Both the position numbers and the translations under genes were made by a program. From an uncultured Planctomycetales bacterium (GTDB taxonomy: Bacteria; Planctomycetota; UBA1135), in contig CAZQAP010000001.1 in assembly GCA_964591365.1 (NCBI GenBank), forward strand, positions 1 to 51,012: 51,012 bases of DNA, given 5' to 3'. Shown here one piece after another: positions 31,399-38,845 of this stretch (within the stretch, counting starts at the first letter, position 1; the number at the start of each line of letters is the position of its first letter). Under the pieces are notes generated by a model, which had not been told where the DNA came from, did no database searches, and saw nothing but the letters and a program-made list of their open reading frames with translations.

Positions 31399-32616
31399 TC
31401 AGCTTGCGGCGGGCGGGGCCGCCACGAGTTCCATTTCCGATTCCAGGCGGGACCGGGCGCGGTCGAAGGCTTCCAGGAAGCGGTCGATCTGTTCCTCGCT
31501 GTGGGTGGCCATGAAGGAACAGCGCAGGAGATCCATTCCCGGAGGAACCCCGGGCGAGGTCACCGGGTTGACGAAAACCCCTTCCTGGAGGAGGATCCTC
31601 CAGAAGCGGAAAACTTTCTCCCAGTCACCCAGGATCACCGGGACGATGGGGGTTTCCGAAGGTCCGGTGTTGAATCCCATGGACTCCAGCCCGGAGCGGG
31701 CCCGGGCGGCCAGCCCGAGGACGGTCATGCGCCTTTCCGGTTCCTCTTCGATGAGGTCCAGGCAGCGAAGTGCGGCGGAACAGACCGCGGGGGGGACCGA
31801 CGCCGAGAAGATCAGGCTGCGGGCCTTGTGGCGGATGAAGTCGATGACATCCCGCGGCCCGGAACAGAAACCCCCGATCCCGGCCAGGGACTTGGAGAAG
31901 GTGGCCATGATGAGATCCACCTCCTTGTCCAGGCCGAAGTGGTCGGCCGTGCCGGCCCCGCGTTCGCCCAGAACGCCGAATGCGTGTGCATCGTCCACCA
32001 GGACCCGCGCACCGAAACGGTGGGCGCATCGGACGATTTCAGGGAGCCGGGCAATCTCTCCCGTCATGCTGAACAGGCCGTCGGTCACCAGAAGGATTCC
32101 ACGGTCTCCGGCGGCCGAAAGATGGTCCTCCAGGGAGTCGAGGTCCGCGTGCAGGTACTTCCGGACTTCCGCGTAGGAGAGACGGGCTCCGTCGAGGATC
32201 GAGGCGTGGTTTTCGCGGTCGCAGAGAATCAGATCCTTCCGGTCGCCGATGGCCTGAAGGACCCCGATGCTCGTCTGGTAGCCCGTTGAGAAAACCTGGC
32301 AGGCTTCCTTCTGAGTGAGATCCGCCAGGCGCTCTTCCAGTTCCACGTGGAGCCGCAGGGTTCCGTTCAGGAAGCGGGAACCCGTGCAGCCGGTCCCGAA
32401 TTCCCGCAGGGCGTTGCAGCCCGCCTCGATCACGCGCGGGTCGTGGGTCAGGCCCAGGTAGTTGTTGGACCCGGCCATGAGGACCCGGCGGCCGCCAATC
32501 AGGACTTCGGTGCCGAAGGAAGCCTCGATGGGAACGAAGTACGGGTACAGCCCCGCCTCCTGGAGGACCGTGTAGGCCTGCGGAGGGGCGCACTTGGCAA
32601 ACAGATCCTGTGCCAT
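31399..32616 (-). CDS. PLP-dependent alpha-oxoamine synthase, serine-palmitoyltransferase-like (Spt/Kbl/BioF family)
   Basis: The only plausible start within track ORF 31399..33690 is the ATG at 32616, giving 405 aa. Motifs are ..GSNNYLGL..., ..GSRFLNGT...H.ELE..LA.., ..VFSTGYQTSIG.., DDAHAFGVLG, the PLP-lysine block ATFSKSLAGIGGF, ..IFSASVPP.., and ..LLRCSFMATHSEEQID. Confidence 0.85.
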   Translation of the reverse strand: MAQDLFAKCAPPQAYTVLQEAGLYPYFVPIEASFGTEVLIGGRRVLMAGSNNYLGLTHDPRVIEAGCNALREFGTGCTGSRFLNGTLRLHVELEERLADLTQKEACQVFSTGYQTSIGVLQAIGDRKDLILCDRENHASILDGARLSYAEVRKYLHADLDSLEDHLSAAGDRGILLVTDGLFSMTGEIARLPEIVRCAHRFGARVLVDDAHAFGVLGERGAGTADHFGLDKEVDLIMATFSKSLAGIGGFCSGPRDVIDFIRHKARSLIFSASVPPAVCSAALRCLDLIEEEPERRMTVLGLAARARSGLESMGFNTGPSETPIVPVILGDWEKVFRFWRILLQEGVFVNPVTSPGVPPGMDLLRCSFMATHSEEQIDRFLEAFDRARSRLESEMELVAAPPAAS

Positions 32617-32697
32617 CCAGGCGCATTGTCGGGCTGCGGGGGGAACCTTTCCAGTCGCCCGGGATCCGGGGCCCCGGGCGCCCCCTAGAATGGCCTC

Positions 32698-33669
32698 GTG
32701 CGGGTCCTGCTCACGGGTTCGACCGGTTTTGTGGGCCGGACCGTCCTGGAGGGGCTGGATCGCCGCCGGGTGGCCTTGCGGCTTCTGGTCCGGGACGCCA
32801 AGCGGGTTCCCCCCACAAATAGCGCGGAAATCCAGGTCGGAGATCTCCGCCGGCCCGCCACCCTGGCCGGAGCCTGCCGGGGGGTGGACGCTGTGATCCA
32901 TCTGGCCGGACTGGTGGACGCCAGGCGGAAAGAGGCTTTCTGGGCCGTGAACCAGGCCGGGACAGCCGCCCTGGCTCGGGACGCGGCACGCCATGCTCCC
33001 GGCCTGCGGTGGATCCAGGTCTCCAGCCTGGCGGCCACCGGGCCGGGGGACCCGGTCCGCGACGGGGATGCGCCCCATCCGGTCAGCGACTACGGGCGCA
33101 GCAAGCTGGCGGGGGAGGCGGCGGTGGCGGAAGCCGGGCTCGAGAACCGGATCGTGCTGCGGCCCTGCGCGGTCTACGGCCCCGGGGACCGTGCTTTCCT
33201 GCCCTTCTTCCGGGCGGTCCGGGCCGGAAGGCCCATCCCTCTTCCCCGGCGGGGGAACCAGTTGCTTTCCCTTCTCCACGTGGACGACCTGGCCCGCGCC
33301 GTCCTGGCCGCATTGGAATCGCCCTCCCGGCCGACCCTTGCGCTCCATCTGGCGCACCCCCGCCCGGTGACCGTCCGGACCCTGTTGGATCGGATCGGGA
33401 AAGCCGTGGGCCGGCCCCCGAGGCCGATCCCCTTTCCCGGCCCCCTGGCCTGGGGCGCGGCGGTCCTGGCGGCCCCCCTGCGCCGGTTTACCGGCCGGCC
33501 GGCCTTTTTTTCGCTCGACAAAATGCACGAGATCCTCGCTCCCGCCTGGTGCTGCACATCGATGGGGGCCGAGCGCCAACTCGGCTGGCGGGCGGAATGG
33601 GATCTCGAAGCGGGCCTGGAGGGGACCGTCGAACGCTATCGGCTTGACGGTTTGCTTCCGGAAGGGTGA
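32698..33669 (+). CDS. NAD(P)-dependent epimerase/dehydratase-family (extended SDR) oxidoreductase
   Basis: GTG 32698 gives (M)RVLLTGSTGFVGRTVLEGL (Rossmann GxxGxxG). A catalytic-type ..SDYGRSKLAGE.. (YxxxK) is present. The product is 323 aa and the gene is divergent from the SPT-like gene. Confidence 0.85.
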   Translation: MRVLLTGSTGFVGRTVLEGLDRRRVALRLLVRDAKRVPPTNSAEIQVGDLRRPATLAGACRGVDAVIHLAGLVDARRKEAFWAVNQAGTAALARDAARHAPGLRWIQVSSLAATGPGDPVRDGDAPHPVSDYGRSKLAGEAAVAEAGLENRIVLRPCAVYGPGDRAFLPFFRAVRAGRPIPLPRRGNQLLSLLHVDDLARAVLAALESPSRPTLALHLAHPRPVTVRTLLDRIGKAVGRPPRPIPFPGPLAWGAAVLAAPLRRFTGRPAFFSLDKMHEILAPAWCCTSMGAERQLGWRAEWDLEAGLEGTVERYRLDGLLPEG

Positions 33670-33672
33670 AAT
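33644..33672 (+). promoter_or_regulatory. Candidate promoter for tRNA-Arg/tadA (TTGACG-17 nt-TGAAAT) embedded in the 3' end of the SDR gene
   Basis: TTGACG is at 33644-33649 and TGAAAT at 33667-33672; the latter contains the SDR stop TGA. The predicted transcription start lies about 8 nt before the tRNA 5' end at 33687. Confidence 0.4.
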
Positions 33673-33686
33673 CCTCGCTGGACCGT

Positions 33687-33763
<77 letters not shown>

Positions 33764-33838
33764 ACCCTCCGTCTTCCTTTGAGCCGCCTCTTTCCCCTCC
33801 ATCCGCCCGCCGACTCCCGCGGACGCGATCTCCGGCTC

Positions 33839-34339
33839 ATGCAGATGGCTTTGGGGGAAGCCCGCCGGGCGGGGGAAAAGGAGGAAGTCCCCGTGGGTGC
33901 TGTCGTGGTGCGGGAGGACCGCCTGCTCGGGCGTGCGGGCAATCAGGTGGAAGGCTTGCAGGATGCCACCGCCCACGCCGAGATCCTGGCCCTCACCCAG
34001 GCCTTTGCCGCCGCCGGCGAGAAACGTCTGGAAGGCGCGGAGGTCTTCTGCACCCTGGAGCCGTGCATCCAGTGTGCCGGCGCGCTGCTCCATGCCCGGG
34101 TGGCGCGTCTGGTGTTCGCGGCCCGGGATCCCAAGTTCGGCGGGGTGGTCTCCCTGGCCCGGCTGCTCGAGCTTCCGGGCCTGAATCACTCCATCACGGT
34201 GGAAGAGGGGCTTCTGGCCGGGGAATCGGCCGTCCTTCTTCAAAGCTTCTTTCAGGCACGGCGCAAGCCCGGTATCATTCCCGGCCCATCCCGGAGAGGT
34301 GCCGGAGCGGCCGAACGGGCTGGTTTCGAAAACCAGTGA
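33839..34339 (+). CDS. tadA: tRNA-specific adenosine deaminase TadA
   Basis: The translation MQMALGEARRAGEKEEVPVGAVVV......G.AGN........ATAHAEILAL... and ..TLEPCIQCAGAL carries the CDA zinc motifs HAE/PCxxC. The track ORF begins at TTG 33779; I prefer ATG 33839. The 3' end runs into tRNA-Ser. Confidence 0.88.
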   Translation: MQMALGEARRAGEKEEVPVGAVVVREDRLLGRAGNQVEGLQDATAHAEILALTQAFAAAGEKRLEGAEVFCTLEPCIQCAGALLHARVARLVFAARDPKFGGVVSLARLLELPGLNHSITVEEGLLAGESAVLLQSFFQARRKPGIIPGPSRRGAGAAERAGFENQ

Positions 34340-34382
34340 GGTTGCAAGACCTCCGCGGGTTCGAATCCCGCCCTCTCCGCCA
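34293..34382 (+). tRNA. tRNA-Ser (anticodon CGA)
   Basis: The acceptor stem is GGAGAGG/CCTCTCC and the anticodon arm CTGGT-TTCGAAA-ACCAG. It has a long variable arm GAGGT-TGCAAG-ACCTC and a T arm GCGGG-TTCGAAT-CCCGC. A CCA end is encoded. Confidence 0.9.
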
Positions 34383-34422
34383 GCCTCCCCCAGGCGGGTG
34401 GCCGCTCGTTGAAGCCGTCCGC

Positions 34423-34510
<88 letters not shown>

Positions 34511-34518
34511 TTTTCCCT

Positions 34519-34647
34519 CGCCGGGGAAACCGGGGGTCCGGTCCCGTGCGGCGGGTCCTGCTGAAATCGGGTCAGGCCGGGAACGGAGCAGCCCTGACAG
34601 TTCGGATCCGGGCGCCGCGGTGCATCGGGCCTCCGGCTCCCCCGGCG
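34519..34647 (+). ncRNA. ffs: Signal recognition particle RNA (small bacterial 4.5S-type); boundaries approximate
   Basis: It contains GGGUCAGGCCGGGAACGGAGCAGCC, matching the conserved SRP domain IV motif GUCAGGuCCGGAAGGaAGCAGCC, with a GGAA tetraloop closed by CCG/CGG. The termini CGCCGGGG (34519-26) and CCCCGGCG (34640-47) are perfectly complementary. Its position immediately upstream of dnaX matches the tadA-scr-dnaX-ybaB-recR synteny of Bacillus. Confidence 0.78.
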
Positions 34648-34664
34648 GATTTCCTTCCCTGACC

Positions 34665-36197
34665 ATGCCGCATTCCATCCTGGCCCGCAAGTACCGTCCT
34701 CGCACGTTCGAGGAGGTTGTGGGGCAGGAACACGTCGTCAAGGCCTTGAGCCGCGCCCTGGAAAGGGAACGCCTGGCCCAGGCCTACCTCCTGGTCGGCC
34801 CGCGCGGGGTCGGAAAAACCAGCACGGCGCGCATCCTGGCGCGCTCCCTGAACTGCGAGCGGGGCCCCACCCTGCATCCCTGCCTCGCCTGTCCCCCCTG
34901 CACCGAGATCCATCTCGGCTCCGACCCCGACGTGGTGGAGATCGACGGCGCCAGCAACAACGGCGTCGACGACATCCGTGCGCTGCGCGAACGGGTCCAC
35001 TATCACCCCCTTCGCGACCGGCGCAAGATCTACATCATCGACGAGGTGCAGCGTTTGAGCGGGCCGGCCTTCGACGCCCTGCTCAAGACGCTGGAAGAAC
35101 CGCCCGGGCACGTCCTCTTCCTTTTCGCAACCACCGATCCGCACAAGATCCCCGAGACGATTGTCTCCCGCTGCCAGGTCTTCGAGTTCCGCCGCCTGCG
35201 CGAAGAGGACGTCCGCGTCAAGCTCGGGGAGATCTGCCGCCAGGAAGGGGTCGAAGTGGGGGAGGACATTCTTCAGGCCCTGGCCCGGGGCTGCCGGGGC
35301 GGGCTCCGGGACGCCGAATCGATGCTCGACCAGGTCCTTTCCGTCGCAGAGAATGCCCCCACCCTGGAGGATCTGGAATCGATTGCAGGACTGGCCCGGC
35401 CCGAACGCTGGCTCGATCTGCTGGAAGCCGTCGAGGGCGACGACGCCCCCCGCATCCTCCAAGTGGTGGAAACCTTCCTCTCCTCGGGAGGCACCGAGCG
35501 CGATTTTGTGGAGCAGGCCGTCGAAGCCCTGCGGGATCTGCTGCACTTGATCCTGCTGGGAGAAGACGCCCGCGGGGTGCCGCCTCCCCCCGAACGTCGT
35601 GAACGGCTCCTGACCCTGGGGCGGAAACTGGGCAGGGAGCGCGTGGAAGCCTTGATGGGGCTCTTCTTCTCGCTCGAATCCCGGATGACCCGGGCGCCGC
35701 TCGCGGCCCGGGCGCTGCTGGAATGGACGCTTCTGCGCGCAGCCCGCCTCGGTCGCCTGGTGGAGACCGGCTCTCTTCTGGCCGGTCTTCAGAGAAGCCC
35801 CCTGCCTGGAAGCGCCCCGCCGCAGGCCGTGCGGGGAACGGGATCCCCGGGCGCTCCCCCGGCAAGGCCGCCCGCCCCCCCCGTCGCCGAGGAGAGGCTG
35901 CTGGATCTGCTGGAAACCGTGAGCAGGAGGCGCCCGACCCTGGGGAATGTCCTCAAAGAGAACCTGCTGTGCGGCCGGGTCGGGCCCCGGTCGGTCGAGA
36001 TCACCCTGAAACCCCTCCCGGACCGCGACCGCAGCATGGTCGAAGATCCTCTCGAACTCCGTTTCCTGGAACAGCTTCCCCAGAGTCCCGGCGCCTGGAA
36101 GATCCGCTTCGAGGAGGAGGCCCCCTCCGGCCGGACCGGGAACCCGCTGGGCCGGGAACTCCAGCAGACCTTCGGAGGGGGTGAGGAGTTACCCTAG
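34665..36197 (+). CDS. dnaX: DNA polymerase III subunit gamma/tau
   Basis: The ATG at 34665 within track ORF 34455..36197 gives MPHSILARKYRPRTFEEVVGQEHVVKAL..AL...RLAQAYLLVGPRGVGKTSTARILA, a zinc module C..C..C, and IYIIDEV..LS..AFDALLKTLEEPP. Confidence 0.95.
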   Translation: MPHSILARKYRPRTFEEVVGQEHVVKALSRALERERLAQAYLLVGPRGVGKTSTARILARSLNCERGPTLHPCLACPPCTEIHLGSDPDVVEIDGASNNGVDDIRALRERVHYHPLRDRRKIYIIDEVQRLSGPAFDALLKTLEEPPGHVLFLFATTDPHKIPETIVSRCQVFEFRRLREEDVRVKLGEICRQEGVEVGEDILQALARGCRGGLRDAESMLDQVLSVAENAPTLEDLESIAGLARPERWLDLLEAVEGDDAPRILQVVETFLSSGGTERDFVEQAVEALRDLLHLILLGEDARGVPPPPERRERLLTLGRKLGRERVEALMGLFFSLESRMTRAPLAARALLEWTLLRAARLGRLVETGSLLAGLQRSPLPGSAPPQAVRGTGSPGAPPARPPAPPVAEERLLDLLETVSRRRPTLGNVLKENLLCGRVGPRSVEITLKPLPDRDRSMVEDPLELRFLEQLPQSPGAWKIRFEEEAPSGRTGNPLGRELQQTFGGGEELP

Positions 36198-36201
36198 AGC
36201 C

Positions 36202-36525
36202 ATGGCTGGAAGTCTTGGAGACCTGGGCGGCCTGCTTCATCAGGCCCAGAAGATGCAGAGGACCATGGCCCAGCTCCAGGAGGAGTTCGGGAAACGGACG
36301 TTCGAAGGCCGTGCAGGCGGCGGCCGGGTGCGGGTGCTCCTGTCCGGCAGCCGTCAGGTGCGGGAGGTGAAGATCGACCCGGAAGTGGTCGACCGGGAGG
36401 ATGTCGAGCTTCTCGAAGATCTTGTCGGGAGCGCCTTCGGAGATGCCCTCAAGCAGTTGGAAGAGACCCTGCAGGCCGAGATGAAGAGGGTGACCGGCGG
36501 CGTGGGTTTGCCGGGCATGTTCTGA
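36202..36525 (+). CDS. ybaB: Nucleoid-associated protein YbaB/EbfC
   Basis: The translation ..LGGLLHQAQKMQRTMAQLQEEFGKRTFEGRAGGGRVRVLLSGSRQVREVKIDPEVVD.EDVELLEDLV..AF.DALK fits the family. It lies between dnaX and recR. Confidence 0.9.
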   Translation: MAGSLGDLGGLLHQAQKMQRTMAQLQEEFGKRTFEGRAGGGRVRVLLSGSRQVREVKIDPEVVDREDVELLEDLVGSAFGDALKQLEETLQAEMKRVTGGVGLPGMF

Positions 36526-36555
36526 CCTCCGCCCGCGGTCCGCCTCTCTCCTCCC

Positions 36556-37185
36556 ATGGCCTTTCCCGAACCTCTCGAAAGGTTGATCCGGGCGCTGGAA
36601 CGCTTTCCCGGCGTGGGACCCCGCAGCGCGGAACGCATGGCCCTGCACGTCCTGCGTCTCCCCACCGAGGAGGTCGCCGATGTGGCGATGGCCCTGCGGG
36701 ATGCGCGCCTCCAGACCCGGCGCTGTGAAACCTGCCGCAACGTGACCCTGGAATCCCCCTGTCCAATCTGTGCGGACCCTGGCCGGGATCACGGCCTGGT
36801 GCTGGTCGTCGAGGGACCCCGGGAAGTGGGCCGGCTCGAAGACGCCGGGATCCACAACGGGGTCTACCACGTGCTATTGGAGGGATTCGCGCCCCGCGAG
36901 GGGAGCGAACCCGATTCCGAGGCCCTGACCGCGCTTTGCCGCAGGATCGCCTCGGGAAAGGTTCGCGAGGTGGTCCTGGCCACGGCTCCCGACCGGGAAG
37001 GGGAGGGCTGCGCCCTGCTGGTGCGTGAGGCGTTGAAGGGGACCGGAGTGCCGCTGACCCGCCTGGCCCGCGGGCTCCCCGTGGGAACCCGCCTGGAATA
37101 CCTCCACAAGGAAATCCTTGCCGAGGCCTTCCAGGGACGGCGCCCCTGGACGGAGGATCCTTCCGGAGGAGGCGAGGAGGCATGA
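36556..37185 (+). CDS. recR: Recombination protein RecR
   Basis: The translation has ..LIRALERFPGVGPRSAERMALH.L, the zinc finger CETCRNVTLESPCPIC, and a Toprim region ..VLVVEGPREV..LE..G...G.YHVL. Confidence 0.95.
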   Translation: MAFPEPLERLIRALERFPGVGPRSAERMALHVLRLPTEEVADVAMALRDARLQTRRCETCRNVTLESPCPICADPGRDHGLVLVVEGPREVGRLEDAGIHNGVYHVLLEGFAPREGSEPDSEALTALCRRIASGKVREVVLATAPDREGEGCALLVREALKGTGVPLTRLARGLPVGTRLEYLHKEILAEAFQGRRPWTEDPSGGGEEA

Positions 37186-38345
37186 AGGGCCTCCGGCGCC
37201 TGACGGCGCTTGTGGCCTATCAGGGCGGCGGGTTTTTCGGGTTCCAGCGCCAGCCCGGCTTTCCCACCATCCAGGAGGAACTGGAACGCGCCTGGCTCGC
37301 AGTCAGCGGGGAACGGGCCGTCTTCTCCGGAAGCGGCCGCACCGACCGGGGAGTCCACGCCTGGGGGCAGGTGGTCCACTGGAACACGGAATCCCTGCTT
37401 CCGGCGGGGCGCATCCGGGAAGCCCTCAATTTCTGGCTGCCGCGCGAGGTTGTGATCCGCGACGCGGCCGAAGTGGGTCCGGACTTCCACGCGCGCCGCA
37501 GCGCGGCGTCCAAGCGCTATTTGTTCCTTCTGGCCGCCGGGCCGGTCCGCCCCGTCCTGCGGGCGGGCCTGGTCGCTTGGGAACGCGCAGATCTCGATCT
37601 TGCGGCCATGCGCGCGGCCGCGGCGACCCTTTCCGGACGCCACGACTTCGCGGCTTTCGCCGCCGCCGGCGGAACGGCCCGAACCACCGTCCGGACCCTG
37701 AAAAGCGTTCATGTCCGGTGCATCCGGGGAGGGCTGGCCTTTTTCTTCGAGGGCGATGGATTCCTCTACCGGATGGTCCGCAACCTCGTGGGAACCCTCC
37801 TTGAGGTCGGCCGCGGGAAGCGGGCCCCGGAGTGGGCCGGGGCCGTGCTGGAATCCCGGGATCGCCGCCGGGCAGGGGCCACGGCCCCTCCGGAAGGGCT
37901 CTACCTCTGGCGCGTCTGCTACCCCCGGGATCCCTTCCGGGGACCTTCCTCCCACTGCAAGGATGGGGTATCCTGGAAGGGTGACGTGGGCGATGAGACC
38001 CTCCTTTCCCCGCAACCCCGGAACGGGCTCATGAACATTGAAATCACCAACCGGTCCGAAGAGATCCCCGACGCCCTGCGCGCTTATGCCCTGGAACGGC
38101 TTTCCGGGGTGGAACGCCTGGGTGAGGAATTCGTCAAAGGTGAGATCATCCTTTCCCTGGAGAAGGAGGAGCTCCTCTGCGACGTGATCCTTCACCGCCA
38201 CAGGGGAGAACCGTTCCTGGCCACCGGTCAGAGCCGGGAAGGGCGCACTGCCGTGGACGACGCCGCCGCCAAGCTGGAGAAACAATTCGTCCGCTTCAAG
38301 GAGAAGCATTCCACCAAAGCCAGGCGCCGGCAAGCGAACCGGTAA
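37182..38345 (+). CDS. truA: tRNA pseudouridine(38-40) synthase TruA, reading without any stop codon into an HPF module (387-aa composite ORF)
   Basis: The N-terminal ~255 aa carry ..YQGGGFFGFQRQ.., the catalytic GRTDRGVHAWGQVVH, ..FHARRSAASKRYLF.., ..FLYRMVRNLVGTLLEVGRG.. and ..PPEGLYLWRVCYP. A ~32-aa linker follows, then an HPF-like domain in the same frame. The ATG overlaps the recR stop (ATGA). Confidence 0.9.
   Translation: MKGLRRLTALVAYQGGGFFGFQRQPGFPTIQEELERAWLAVSGERAVFSGSGRTDRGVHAWGQVVHWNTESLLPAGRIREALNFWLPREVVIRDAAEVGPDFHARRSAASKRYLFLLAAGPVRPVLRAGLVAWERADLDLAAMRAAAATLSGRHDFAAFAAAGGTARTTVRTLKSVHVRCIRGGLAFFFEGDGFLYRMVRNLVGTLLEVGRGKRAPEWAGAVLESRDRRRAGATAPPEGLYLWRVCYPRDPFRGPSSHCKDGVSWKGDVGDETLLSPQPRNGLMNIEITNRSEEIPDALRAYALERLSGVERLGEEFVKGEIILSLEKEELLCDVILHRHRGEPFLATGQSREGRTAVDDAAAKLEKQFVRFKEKHSTKARRRQANR
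38040..38345 (+). CDS. hpf: Ribosome hibernation promoting factor / RaiA-family module (either the C-terminal domain of the truA ORF or an internally initiated gene)
   Basis: From ATG 38040 the translation reads MNIEITNRSEEIPDALRAYALERLSGVERLGEEFVKGEIILSLEKEELLCDVILHRHRGEPFLATGQSREGRTAVDDAAAKLEKQFVRFKEKH. This matches the short-HPF pattern (M.i.I.g....it.alr.y...kl.kl.......v.v.l......... a.....d.y.AiD....kle.Ql.k.k.k). It is followed by ptsN and npr, as in rpoN-type operons. Confidence 0.75.
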   Translation, partial: EITNRSEEIPDALRAYALERLSGVERLGEEFVKGEIILSLEKEELLCDVILHRHRGEPFLATGQSREGRTAVDDAAAKLEKQFVRFKEKHSTKARRRQANR

Positions 38346-38356
38346 GAATCCCGAAC

Positions 38357-38818
38357 ATGGTCTACACCAAGCTTCTTTCCCCCAAATCTGTCCAGCTTCA
38401 ACTCGAGGCGGGCAGCACCGACGACGTCCTCGAATCCCTCGTCGACCTCTTGATCCAGGCTGATCCGGATCTTGCAGCCCGGCGCGAGGAGCTGATCGAA
38501 GCCCTGGAAGAACGGGAAAGGCAGGGATCCACGGCTTCCGGCCGGATCGCCCTTCCCCACATCAAGCTTCCGGGCTGGGAGAAGGTCAGCATGGCTGTGG
38601 CGGTCCACCCCCAGGGAGTGCAATTCCACGCCCTGGACGGGGAGCCTGTTCATGTCTTTTTCGTGGTCGTGCGTCCGGAAGGAGGGGCCGACGAGCACCT
38701 CGGACTGCTCCGCTGGATTGCAGGGATCGCCCATCACCCGGATTTCGTCTCCTTCGCTCTCCAGGCAGAGACTCCCGGTCAGGTTCTCGACCTGCTGACG
38801 GAACTTTCCACGGCCTGA
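38357..38818 (+). CDS. ptsN: PTS EIIA(Ntr)-type protein (nitrogen-regulatory PtsN)
   Basis: The 153-aa ORF has ..KSVQLQLEAGSTDDVLESLVDLL......, ..RERQGSTASGRIALPHIKL.. (phosphorylatable His in G.A.PH), and ..VHVFFVVV.. . It lies between hpf and npr. Confidence 0.85.
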   Translation: MVYTKLLSPKSVQLQLEAGSTDDVLESLVDLLIQADPDLAARREELIEALEERERQGSTASGRIALPHIKLPGWEKVSMAVAVHPQGVQFHALDGEPVHVFFVVVRPEGGADEHLGLLRWIAGIAHHPDFVSFALQAETPGQVLDLLTELSTA

Positions 38819-38845
38819 AAGAGCGGCGGTTCCCGGGAATCGGCG

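Noticed and set aside
29645-32176. An 843-aa + strand ORF spans dnaE and the SPT-like gene.
   Set aside because: It is antisense, in the codon-aligned frame, to two strongly supported - strand genes. It crosses their intergenic gap only by chance, and I recognise no motifs in it.
34665-36197. A programmed frameshift or transcriptional slippage site in dnaX that would produce gamma as well as tau.
   Set aside because: I found no A-AAA-AAG heptamer or long A-run on reading the gene. Nothing supports a recoding site.
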